Below are positions 37,795 through 46,820 of a DNA stretch of 64,000 nt, piece by piece; the first letter of the stretch is position 1, and every line of letters begins with the position of its first letter. The notes below the pieces were generated by a model. It saw only the letters and a list, made by a program, of their open reading frames with translations, was not told the origin of the DNA and ran no database searches. The DNA comes from Spirochaetia bacterium. GTDB taxonomy: Bacteria; Spirochaetota; Spirochaetia; SZUA-6; Bin103. The stretch covers positions 384,001 through 448,000 of the forward strand of contig CBDBDQ010000005.1 in assembly GCA_965203905.1 (NCBI GenBank), given 5' to 3'. The translations under genes and the position numbers were made by a program.

Positions 37795-39747
37795 ATGGGA
37801 CGAACGTTAGTCCTTTTCACGGTAGCGCTGGTGCTATTGAGCGTGAATGCGTGGGCGGGCGGCACCGAAGAGGGTGCCGCGACCACCACTACGGCGATGG
37901 GCGAGTCGAAGTACAATGAGTCGCCGATGCTCGCAGCCCTGGTGGCCGAAGGCAAGCTGCCACCGGTGGACGAGCGACTCCCCATCGAGCCGCTGGTCCT
38001 TACCCCGCCCGAGATCGGGAAATATGGCGGTACCGCGACCACTTTCGCGTTCGCCAGTTGGGCGGTCGAGATTGGTGGCTGGTGGCACGCCACCTGGACC
38101 CTGGAGGTGGACAAGGAAACCTTCCAAGTCGCCGCCGGCATGGCCAAGGGATACGAGCTCTCGGATGATGCCATGACCTTCACCCTGTTCCTGCGGGAAG
38201 GGATGAAATGGTCGGACGGACACCCGCTGACCTCGGAGGACTTCCTGTACCGCTATGAAGAGAGTCTGGCGGGCAGGCAGGGCTACCGGCTGGAGCCGAT
38301 CGAATCCATCGTGGCCCCGGACGACTACACGGTGCGCATCAACCTGAGCAAGCCGTTTCCCAGAATAGTCATCAACATGGCGAACCAGAACGGGGCCGAC
38401 TGGTTTCGCTGGCTACCCAAGCATTACCTCATCAAGTGGCACGCCGACTACAACGAAGATGCTCAAGAAATAGCCGAGGAAGAGGGCTTCGAGACGTGGG
38501 AACAGGCGCTTGCCTTCCATCGCGCGACCAACAACTTCAACGATCCTGAGCTGCCGAGTCTGCGGATGTTCGTGCCGCGCGAGATCGGCGACGTCAATCG
38601 ACTCTACGAACGCAATCCGTACTGGTACGCGGTCGACCCGGCCAACAATCAGCTCCCCTACATCGATCGGGTGCAGTCGGTTCAGGTGGATTTCGAGACC
38701 TACAAGCTCAAGGTGTTGAACGGGGAAGCGACCATTGCGCAATGGACCCGTTTCCCCAACTTCACGCTGTTCAAGGAGAACGAGGCCGCCGCGGACTACG
38801 AGGTAGTGTTGATCCCGGGTACCGTGGGGTCGCAGCACACCTACCATGTGAACCAGACCCAGGCGGATCCAGTGATTCGCGAGATCTTTCAGGACATCCG
38901 CTTCCGCCGCGCCCTGTCGCTGGCGATCGATCGCGACGAGATCAACGAGACGGTCTATCTGGGCATGGGCGTCCCGCGTGCGGGAACGCTGGTACCGAGC
39001 GTAAGCTACTACAAGAGCGAGTGGGGGGAGGATCATCCATACGCCCGCTACGACCCGGCCGAGGCCAACCGTCTGCTCGACGAGATGGGCCTGACCGACA
39101 GGGACAAGGACGGATTCCGAACCTACCCGGATGGGCGCACCATCAACCTCTCCGTAGTGCAGAATGGCGGGAAACTCCCGGATGAGGGACACGAGCTGGT
39201 CAAGGACTACTGGGAAGAGATCGGTATCAAGTTCACCTTGAGAAACGTGGAGGGCGGTTTCTACTGGGACTTCACCCTGTCCAATGAATACATGATCACC
39301 ACCAGACCGCTGACCAATGCCATGGAGATGGCAGCCGATCGTGGTATCGTCGAAGGCTCGTTCGCTAGCCCGCTGAGTGGACCATCGTGGGCGCCTGCAT
39401 GGGCCCACCGCCTCAAGGCCGAGCTTGCCATCGAAGAGGGTCGGGCGACGCTCGACGACTATGAAGGCGGAGTATTGCCCGGCGAAGAGCCACCTCCGAG
39501 AGTCCGAGAGCTGTGGGACGCGATTCTGGAAGCGCACAATACCATCTTCGGGACTGAAGAGTACCGGCGCGCGAACCAGAAGGTTCAGGACATCTTTGCC
39601 GAGGAGATGTGGGTCATCGGGACAGTCGGCCTTGTCCCCAGTCCCATCATCTACAAGAATAACATTGGGAACCGCATGAGCGCCGACTTTCTGTATCACG
39701 ACTGGCCGGGGGAACTCGACTGGGCGCTCTACTTTACGGACCTGTAG
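37795..39747 (+). CDS. ABC transporter substrate-binding protein, family 5
   Basis: Signal peptide, ESPMLAALVAEGKLPPVDERLP, KWSDGHP, NNQLPYID. Confidence 0.93.
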   Translation: MGRTLVLFTVALVLLSVNAWAGGTEEGAATTTTAMGESKYNESPMLAALVAEGKLPPVDERLPIEPLVLTPPEIGKYGGTATTFAFASWAVEIGGWWHATWTLEVDKETFQVAAGMAKGYELSDDAMTFTLFLREGMKWSDGHPLTSEDFLYRYEESLAGRQGYRLEPIESIVAPDDYTVRINLSKPFPRIVINMANQNGADWFRWLPKHYLIKWHADYNEDAQEIAEEEGFETWEQALAFHRATNNFNDPELPSLRMFVPREIGDVNRLYERNPYWYAVDPANNQLPYIDRVQSVQVDFETYKLKVLNGEATIAQWTRFPNFTLFKENEAAADYEVVLIPGTVGSQHTYHVNQTQADPVIREIFQDIRFRRALSLAIDRDEINETVYLGMGVPRAGTLVPSVSYYKSEWGEDHPYARYDPAEANRLLDEMGLTDRDKDGFRTYPDGRTINLSVVQNGGKLPDEGHELVKDYWEEIGIKFTLRNVEGGFYWDFTLSNEYMITTRPLTNAMEMAADRGIVEGSFASPLSGPSWAPAWAHRLKAELAIEEGRATLDDYEGGVLPGEEPPPRVRELWDAILEAHNTIFGTEEYRRANQKVQDIFAEEMWVIGTVGLVPSPIIYKNNIGNRMSADFLYHDWPGELDWALYFTDL

Positions 39748-39797
39748 TATCGCGGAAACCGGGATCACCGCCCCCAAGACGGCGTTGATCTCGACTC

Positions 39798-39823
39798 GGG
39801 GGCTGCCTTTCGGGGCAGCCCTC
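39798..39823. terminator. Stem-loop between convergent genes
   Basis: GGGGGCTGCCT-TTCG-GGGCAGCCCTC. Confidence 0.65.
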
Positions 39824-39844
39824 TCTGTATCCGCCTCTCCGTTG

Positions 39845-40981
39845 CTACTTGTACGGGTCGGCGGCGTCGCGCAAGCCGTCGCCGACGAAGTTGAACACCA
39901 GCACCGTTACGATCACCCAGATTGCCGGAAGCAGCAGCCACGGGGTGTTGACGATCGCGCGTACATTCTGCGCCTGCTGCAACATCACTCCCCAACTCAC
40001 CACCGGAGGCTGGAGGCCGATGCCGATGAAGCTGAGGCTGGTTTCGCCCAGGATCATGGCCGGCACCGCCAGCGTCAGGTGGACAATCAGGTAGCTCAGG
40101 AACCCCGGAAGCATGTGCCGGACGATGATGCGAAGTTCTCTGGCGCCGGCGATACGAGCCGCCATGATGTGATCCTCCACGCGGAGCTGCAGCAGCTTGC
40201 TGCGCACCGTTCGCGCCAGGCCGGTCCAGCCGATGATCGAGAGAATGACCGTGATCATGAAGTAGATCCTCAGTGGCGGCCAGGTGAGCGGCACCGCTGC
40301 TGCCAGAGCCATCCAGATCGGCAGCGAAGGGAGCGACCCGAGGAACTCGATGACCCGCTGGATCAGCATGTCCACGGCGCCGCCAAAGTAGCCCGAGATG
40401 CCGCCCAGGAGACATCCGAGCACGAAGCTGATGGCCACGCCGATCATTCCTATTGACAGCGAGACACGGGCGCCGTGGAGAACACGAGAAAACATGTCCC
40501 GTCCCAGGCCGTCGGTGCCGTAGAGGAACAGCTGAGCCGGTTCGTCGACCCCCATCAGGTGCAGGTCGGTCTTGAACAGGCCCCAGAACTTGTACTCATC
40601 GCCGCGCACGAACAGATTGATCGGGTACGGCTGCGACTCGTCGTTCACGTAGGTGCGGCGCAGCGTGACCGGATCGCGGGAAGAACTCAGCGCGTAGACG
40701 AACGGCCAGCGGAGCATCCCCTCGTGGACGATTCTCACCTTGGTCGGAGGAGCCAGCAAGTGGTCGGGGTGGCGCTCGAAGATCTCGTGCGGCGAGAGAA
40801 AGCCGGCGAATATGGCACTCACGTAGATCACCAGCAGGATCGCGCCACCGACGACCGCCAGCTTGTGCCTGAGGAAACTGCGCCACATGAGGGCCCAACT
40901 GGAGAGCAGGTAGTACCGTTCCAGGCCACGCTCCGCGGCCACAGTCTGTAGCTCGGTCGAGCGAGTTCCGGCGTCGCTCAT
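39845..40981 (-). CDS. ABC transporter permease (DppC-like)
   Basis: GTDGLGRDMFSR, GDGLRDAADPY. Confidence 0.93.
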   Translation of the reverse strand: MSDAGTRSTELQTVAAERGLERYYLLSSWALMWRSFLRHKLAVVGGAILLVIYVSAIFAGFLSPHEIFERHPDHLLAPPTKVRIVHEGMLRWPFVYALSSSRDPVTLRRTYVNDESQPYPINLFVRGDEYKFWGLFKTDLHLMGVDEPAQLFLYGTDGLGRDMFSRVLHGARVSLSIGMIGVAISFVLGCLLGGISGYFGGAVDMLIQRVIEFLGSLPSLPIWMALAAAVPLTWPPLRIYFMITVILSIIGWTGLARTVRSKLLQLRVEDHIMAARIAGARELRIIVRHMLPGFLSYLIVHLTLAVPAMILGETSLSFIGIGLQPPVVSWGVMLQQAQNVRAIVNTPWLLLPAIWVIVTVLVFNFVGDGLRDAADPYK

Positions 40982-41976
40982 TCGGTAGCCTTCGCCTCGA
41001 ATCTGATGCGTGGATCTACCACCACCAGCAGCAGGTCGGCAATCAGCGCCCCCGACAGACCCAAGGCGCTCAACACCATGACCATGCTGCCGGCCAGGAA
41101 CATGTCCTGGCCGAGCAACGCCTCCAACAGCAGCGGGCCGATGGTAGGCAGGCTGAGAACGATCGCGGTGATCGTTTCTCCGGAGACGAGGGCAGGCAGA
41201 ATCCCACCGATACCGCTGACGATCGGATTGAGGGCAATCCGGACCGGGTACTTGAACAGCAGGGCTCTCTCGCCCACTCCCTTGGCTCGAGCCGTCACCA
41301 CGTACTGCCTGGGCAATTCATCCAGCAGCGTTGCCCGCAGCGTGCGAATGATTCCCGCGGTACCGGCGGTGCCGATAACGATGAGGGGAACCGGCAGGTG
41401 CTTGAGCAGGTCTACCAGCTTTGCCAAGCTCCAGGGCTCAAACGCATAGCGCGCGGTAAACAGACCGCCCACGCTCCAGTTCGTGAACCGGTAGATGAGG
41501 TACAGGAGGAGCAGTGCCAGCAGGAAGTTCGGCGTCGCCTGGCCGATGAAGCCGAAGGTGGTGGCGGCGTAGTCCTCGACGGAGTATTGGTGAGTGGCGG
41601 AGTAGATACCGATAGGGATCGCGATCATGAAGGTGAGGATCATGGTGGCGAAGGTCAGACAAACCGTGAGCATAAAACGCTCACCGATCAGCCGCGCCAC
41701 CGGCTGACCATAGATGATCGACTGGCCCATGTTTCCGCGGAGAAGATTGCCCGCCCAGCGGAGATAGCGCACGTGAAACGGCTTGTCCAAGCCGTAGCGC
41801 TCCTCCAACTCGCGAATGTCGTCCATGGCTACGGCCCGTCCACTCTGGCGCCACTGGTTGACCATCGTTGCTATCGCGTCCCCAGGGGGCAACTCGATCA
41901 GCACGAACGACACGAAGGAGAGGACCATGAGGAGCAGGATCATGTAGATGATCCTGCGGACAATGTAGCTCAGCAT
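40978..41976 (-). CDS. ABC transporter permease (DppB-like)
   Basis: IELPPGD, TARAKG, DPRIRF. Confidence 0.93.
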   Translation of the reverse strand: MLSYIVRRIIYMILLLMVLSFVSFVLIELPPGDAIATMVNQWRQSGRAVAMDDIRELEERYGLDKPFHVRYLRWAGNLLRGNMGQSIIYGQPVARLIGERFMLTVCLTFATMILTFMIAIPIGIYSATHQYSVEDYAATTFGFIGQATPNFLLALLLLYLIYRFTNWSVGGLFTARYAFEPWSLAKLVDLLKHLPVPLIVIGTAGTAGIIRTLRATLLDELPRQYVVTARAKGVGERALLFKYPVRIALNPIVSGIGGILPALVSGETITAIVLSLPTIGPLLLEALLGQDMFLAGSMVMVLSALGLSGALIADLLLVVVDPRIRFEAKATE

Positions 41977-42204
41977 GCCGGAGCCTCCTCGGGTACGGCC
42001 CGTCCTATGGGCGCCAGCGCCACAGTGATGCCGTGACCGCGGTCGATCCGTAACTCAAAGGCTCGATTCCGCACCGCGGCCGGTCTGGCGCCCGGTCCAT
42101 GCGGTGGCCAGCATATCAGATCAAGTCGGTTGGACGAAGAACCTGGCCCGGCGGAGCCCGGCGGAGATGCCCTCACAGTGATCACCGTCGTCGCGGAGGA
42201 TAGT

Positions 42205-42390
42205 CGGGCCACGTGGGGTGAGCTCCAGAATGTACTCGATGCACCTCCCGAGAGAGTTGCTGCGCGCCAGCCGGCGCGCCTCCTCGGTGCTGTCGGCGAC
42301 GAACACGTTGCGCGATACGCACCAGTCGGCCGGATGTGCACTGCGTCCCGTTGCCGCCGCTGCCCGCACGGTAGGTCTCCCGGTGGTTGC
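42205..42390 (-). pseudogene. Fragment of a second LLM-class monooxygenase gene
   Basis: About 185-bp direct repeat of 43692-43876 (DWCVSRNVFVADSTEEARRLARSNSLGRCIEYILELT). Confidence 0.85.
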
Positions 42391-42408
42391 GTGGGCCGTT
42401 GGGCGTGT

Positions 42409-43443
42409 TTAATGACGCCCGTCAAGGCCTCTCTTGCGGAGGAACAGGCCGAGCTGGTCGGCGACCTCGACGTTGTTCAGATCGGAAAACATGAAGTGTG
42501 AGTTGCCGCGAATCCCGGCGTCGGGAAGGCACAGTATTTCGGCATCGCCCCCGTGCCGATTGACGGTGTCACAAAACAACCGCGAAAAAACCATCTGCGC
42601 ACGGCGCGTGTCGGTTACGTGATCGGAAGGACTCGATGGTATGTTGTCGCCGTAGACTATTTGCAGCGGAACCTTGACCAGGAGATCGAAGTCGGCCTCG
42701 GAAACGGTTGTGCCGCCTCGATAAGTTCCCTTGAATAGCGGAATCGGTTCCGGCAGGGCACCATCGGGAAAGATGCAAGTGGGTTCGTAGCTCACAATTG
42801 CCTTCACGAGATTCGGCCGGCGAATGGCGGTGAACCATCCGATACGGCCGGATTGCGAGTGGGTGACAAGAATCATCGGTCCGATTTTGTCGAGCAGTGC
42901 CACCAGGGCGTCGGTGATGACGCTCTCGTCATCGGAAATAGTGGGGACGAGCGCCTGGAAGAACTGGTCAATGCTCGCTCGGTCTGCCGGGAACTGCTGC
43001 ACCGAAAAGACGTCGGGATACCTCGGACCGATGCGCCAAATCGTCCAGGCTGACTCGATTGCATGCTTCGCGGTATGGTTGGGGACCACCTGCTCTCCAT
43101 CAAGATTGCCAAAGGCACCATTGAAGGTGGGCAGACCGGCACGTCCACGGCGCGGGAAGTCGACGATGTATACCGAGTAGCCGCGGCGCAGGAATATCGT
43201 GTTGTAGCCTTCACGGCCGTCAGGGGTCGATTCCCATACGCGACCGGTGCCGGCGCCTCCATGAACCAGCAGAAGCGGATAGACCCGCGGTTTGACCGGG
43301 ATCTGGTACTGCACATACATCTGATCGACCCATGTAGTCTGTCCCGCGCTCGTGCCGGCGCCCCGCAGCAAACGACCGCCTACGGAAAAGCTGCCCTGCC
43401 TGGCAATTTCAAGGGCGTCCGCGGGCGCAGCCTCTGGTCTCAC
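42409..43443 (-). CDS. Alpha/beta hydrolase family protein
   Basis: LVHGG, WESTPDGREG, THSQSG nucleophile elbow, GNSHFMFSDLNN. Confidence 0.88.
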   Translation of the reverse strand: MRPEAAPADALEIARQGSFSVGGRLLRGAGTSAGQTTWVDQMYVQYQIPVKPRVYPLLLVHGGAGTGRVWESTPDGREGYNTIFLRRGYSVYIVDFPRRGRAGLPTFNGAFGNLDGEQVVPNHTAKHAIESAWTIWRIGPRYPDVFSVQQFPADRASIDQFFQALVPTISDDESVITDALVALLDKIGPMILVTHSQSGRIGWFTAIRRPNLVKAIVSYEPTCIFPDGALPEPIPLFKGTYRGGTTVSEADFDLLVKVPLQIVYGDNIPSSPSDHVTDTRRAQMVFSRLFCDTVNRHGGDAEILCLPDAGIRGNSHFMFSDLNNVEVADQLGLFLRKRGLDGRH

Positions 43444-44531
43444 GGTTCCGCCGTCAGGGCCGGGATTACCTCAGTCCCGAACAGTTCCAGGCTGCGCGTC
43501 CAGCGCTGCTTGTCGTCCCAGTCGTGGGCCACCAGCACCAGCGTGCCGAAGTCGCCGATCCGGGCGCGCAGGTCGTTGATCTGCCGCGTCACCGTCGCCG
43601 GATCGCCGGCGATCACCACCTCGTCCATGAAGTAGTCCAGCCCACATTCGGCGTCGCTCATGGCCGGGTTGCGCTTCCACATATCCACGCCCGGGCCACG
43701 CCGGGTGAGCTCCAGAATGTACTCGATGCACCTGCCGAGAGAGTTGCTGCGCGCCAGCCGGCGCGCTTCCTCGGTACTGTCGGCGACGAACACGTTGCGC
43801 GATACGCACCAGTCGGACGGATGCGCGCTGCGGCCCACTGCCGCGGCCCCCGCACGGTAGGTCTCCCAGTGGTCGCACAGCGTCTCCTCCGACACCATGT
43901 GATGGCTGATCAAGCGAAAGCCGCGACCCGCCGCCTTCCTGACGCCCACCGAGCCGCGCGTGATGGCGGGCACGAAGATCGGCGGGTGAGGTTGCTGCAA
44001 TGGCCGGTGCAGCGCCCCAAGCCCCATTTCCGGGTCGATGCTGTCCTGCAGCGTCACGCTCCAGAACTGCCCGTCGATACGATAAGGTGGATCGCCACTC
44101 CAGATGTCGAGAATCATCTCGATCGCCTCGCTCACGCGGGCACCGGACTCCTGCGGCGTTACCCCGAAAAGCTCCATGTCACTGGGAATCGCGCCCGGGC
44201 CGAAACAGACGTTCAAGCGCCCGTGGGACAGATGATCCAGGAACGCCAGCCGACCGGCGACCTGAGCCGGGTGATGGTACTGCAGGCACACGGGAGCGGG
44301 CCCGAACCTCATGGAATCCGTCATACCGAATGCCTTGGCGATGAAGATCTCGGGCATCACGATGTTCTCGTAGGTGGAAGAGTGATGCTCCCCCACCCAG
44401 AAGTCGGCGAACCCGAGCTGCTCGCAGCGTTGCGCCAGTTCCAGGTCCTCGTCGTAGCACTGCACCAGCGGTTTCTGCGGATCGTGCACCGGCATCAGAA
44501 ACATGCCGAACCCGAGCTCGTTACCCATCAT
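43440..44531 (-). CDS. LLM class flavin-dependent oxidoreductase
   Basis: FLMPVH, WVGEHH, HHPAQVA..LDHLSHGRL, QQPHPPI. Confidence 0.92.
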   Translation of the reverse strand: MMGNELGFGMFLMPVHDPQKPLVQCYDEDLELAQRCEQLGFADFWVGEHHSSTYENIVMPEIFIAKAFGMTDSMRFGPAPVCLQYHHPAQVAGRLAFLDHLSHGRLNVCFGPGAIPSDMELFGVTPQESGARVSEAIEMILDIWSGDPPYRIDGQFWSVTLQDSIDPEMGLGALHRPLQQPHPPIFVPAITRGSVGVRKAAGRGFRLISHHMVSEETLCDHWETYRAGAAAVGRSAHPSDWCVSRNVFVADSTEEARRLARSNSLGRCIEYILELTRRGPGVDMWKRNPAMSDAECGLDYFMDEVVIAGDPATVTRQINDLRARIGDFGTLVLVAHDWDDKQRWTRSLELFGTEVIPALTAEP

Positions 44532-45694
44532 GAGCGACTCCTTGTATCAATCGCATACATCTGCCGGGAGCCTTCGTGAGTGGAGTCGAAGACAACCCAG
44601 CGATCATGCCGGTCCCAGCGGGGATGCAGGTCACACTTCCACTCCGCGGCGGCATAGGGAGGTTGAAAGAAGCGTCCCATCACTTCCAGGTGCTGTTGCT
44701 GCATGTCCCAAAGAAACAGCGTTTGCATCCTGTCCGGCGAATTCGACGCATAGGAATCCACCACCAGTCGCCTGCGATCCCCAGAAAAAGCGCAGTGCCC
44801 GTCCTGTAGGATATCGTCGCGGGCAACCGCCTCACTCTCCCCGCTCACTACGTTCAGCAAGTTGAAGCACTCGCCCCTCCCGTCCAAATCGGTCCACACC
44901 AGGATACGTTCCGGATCGAGCCAGTCGTGGTGAGACACATTGCCGTACGGGATCAGAAATTCCGGCCCGGCACCGTTCAGGTCTGCCACCAGGAAAGCTG
45001 ACTTGGCAATCCACGGCCCATCCTCTGTCAGATAACGCACCACCCACGTAACCCGTGAGTCGTCGGTGTTGACCGTCGGATGGTTGAACCACATGGTCGC
45101 GTTTCTTGCCTCTTCCACTGGATTCATTTCAAATAACTGCTCGTAGGAACAAAGCAGCCGGTAATCTCCGGATTCCAGATCAAGCGCGAACAGACCGTCG
45201 TCGCTCGGGTGCGGCACATGGGAATTGGGATCGTCCAGCCCGGAGTATCCGACGGTGCGCCGGCACTGTCGCAAACGCGCGTAGTTGAGAGACAGTGCCA
45301 TGTGCCCGTCGTTGGTCAAAGCGGCAACCGGCATTGGCAGCATGCGCTTCTCGCCCGAAAAGACATCCAGAACGACAGCTACGAACCGATCGCCATCTCT
45401 GTCGTTGTAGATGATCTTGCGGTCGGGCGCCGTGGGCAGCCAGTGCAGCATGCAGCCTTGCTGCGGGTTCCATGCGCGGGTTTCCGTGAGCGGATGGAAT
45501 CGCTTCGTCTCCCACTCTACCATGCCGATGGTGGCAGTATCGTCCGCCCTTGGAAAATGGTCGTCGAAATCGCTCTCCATGGCGAGCACGTAACTACCGG
45601 TCGAGTCGCAGGTCTGAATATCGAAGTATCCAAAAAAATGGTGCCGCGGGCCTTGGGTCAGGGCGACTACGTCGAACCCGTACTCGTTTTTCAT
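44528..45694 (-). CDS. Beta-propeller protein (oligogalacturonate lyase/TolB-like)
   Basis: HHFFGYFD, AWNPQQGCML, FNH, DGHC, CDLHPRW motifs. Confidence 0.7.
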   Translation of the reverse strand: MKNEYGFDVVALTQGPRHHFFGYFDIQTCDSTGSYVLAMESDFDDHFPRADDTATIGMVEWETKRFHPLTETRAWNPQQGCMLHWLPTAPDRKIIYNDRDGDRFVAVVLDVFSGEKRMLPMPVAALTNDGHMALSLNYARLRQCRRTVGYSGLDDPNSHVPHPSDDGLFALDLESGDYRLLCSYEQLFEMNPVEEARNATMWFNHPTVNTDDSRVTWVVRYLTEDGPWIAKSAFLVADLNGAGPEFLIPYGNVSHHDWLDPERILVWTDLDGRGECFNLLNVVSGESEAVARDDILQDGHCAFSGDRRRLVVDSYASNSPDRMQTLFLWDMQQQHLEVMGRFFQPPYAAAEWKCDLHPRWDRHDRWVVFDSTHEGSRQMYAIDTRSRS

Positions 45695-45702
45695 CTACTC
45701 AT

Positions 45703-46734
45703 CTACAAGGTATAGTCGACACCCAGTTTTATGGAGCGCCCCGGATGCTCGTTGATCGCCTGAAGAGCTGTCGTGACTTGCCCGAGGGGCACGATCGGCT
45801 CGATCAGGTCATCGGCCTGGAGGCGACCCTCGACCAGGAGGGCCAGCGACTCGGCTTGAATCCGCGCGTAGTCCCAACCATAGTCCTGGAGAGGTTCGCT
45901 GTTGGCCCGGCTCGAGATGATCCGGATTCGGTTGCGGTGCCACTCCCCGGCCAGGTGCAGTCCTTGCCGGCCCGCGTAGTAAGCCGTCGAGACGACCGTT
46001 CCCCGGTAGCGCGTGGCACGCAAGGCGTCTTCGAGCGCGGCATAGGAGCCGCTGGTTTCAAAGGCGACATCCACTCCGAGGTTCCCCGTCCGCTCCTTCA
46101 GTTCCAATCCGACGTCACTCTCCGTTGGATCCAGTGCCAGATCCGCCCCGTGGCGCTCAGCCGCTGCCCGACGGACTCGAACAGGGTCGATCACCGCCAC
46201 CCACCGGGCCCCGGAAAGTCGTGCCGCCTGCGCTACCATCAGTCCTATGGCCCCCAGGCCGAAGACGGCCACCCGATCCCCCAGTCGCACGGGCCCATCC
46301 TGCATCGCCCCCACCGCGCAATCGGCCGGGTCCGCGTACATGAGCGCTTGCGGCGTGATCCCTCGTGGGACGCGCTCCAGCCGGCCGGCATCGACGGCAT
46401 GGGTCTCGCGCACGCGCAGGTGGCCAAACACGCGGTCGCCCACACTGAAGCGATCCACACCTGCCCCCACCTCGGTCACTTCCCCCATGCACATGTCGCC
46501 CAGAGCCATCGGAAAGCCGGCTGCGGCCGCTTCGCCGCGCCGGTGCAGCCGGAGCTCAGCATCCCAACGGTCGGATGCATCGGGCGAATCCGCTCTGAAG
46601 TAGCGTAGCTCGGTGCCATGTTTCACCGCGCCGAAGAGGCTGCGCACGCGAACTTTACCAGGCCCGAGGGCGACCTCGTCGTACTCCCGCAACACCGCGT
46701 GTCCCGGCCGGTCGGCGATCAGTTCCTGTGGCAT
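45703..46734 (-). CDS. Zinc-binding alcohol dehydrogenase family (MDR) protein
   Basis: HGTE, GEVTEVGAGV, VFGLGAIG, FETSG. Confidence 0.9.
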   Translation of the reverse strand: MPQELIADRPGHAVLREYDEVALGPGKVRVRSLFGAVKHGTELRYFRADSPDASDRWDAELRLHRRGEAAAAGFPMALGDMCMGEVTEVGAGVDRFSVGDRVFGHLRVRETHAVDAGRLERVPRGITPQALMYADPADCAVGAMQDGPVRLGDRVAVFGLGAIGLMVAQAARLSGARWVAVIDPVRVRRAAAERHGADLALDPTESDVGLELKERTGNLGVDVAFETSGSYAALEDALRATRYRGTVVSTAYYAGRQGLHLAGEWHRNRIRIISSRANSEPLQDYGWDYARIQAESLALLVEGRLQADDLIEPIVPLGQVTTALQAINEHPGRSIKLGVDYTL

Positions 46735-46758
46735 AGCAAAGCTCCTTTGTAACAGTCA

Positions 46759-46788
46759 GGAGCCCCGGCAGTCTTCCACCGGGGCTCC
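46759..46788 (-). terminator. Intercistronic stem-loop after SBP
   Basis: GGAGCCCCGG-10 nt-CCGGGGCTCC perfect 10-bp stem. Confidence 0.55.
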
Positions 46789-46820
46789 CATGAATACCTT
46801 GTTGGCTTACTCGGTCTGAC

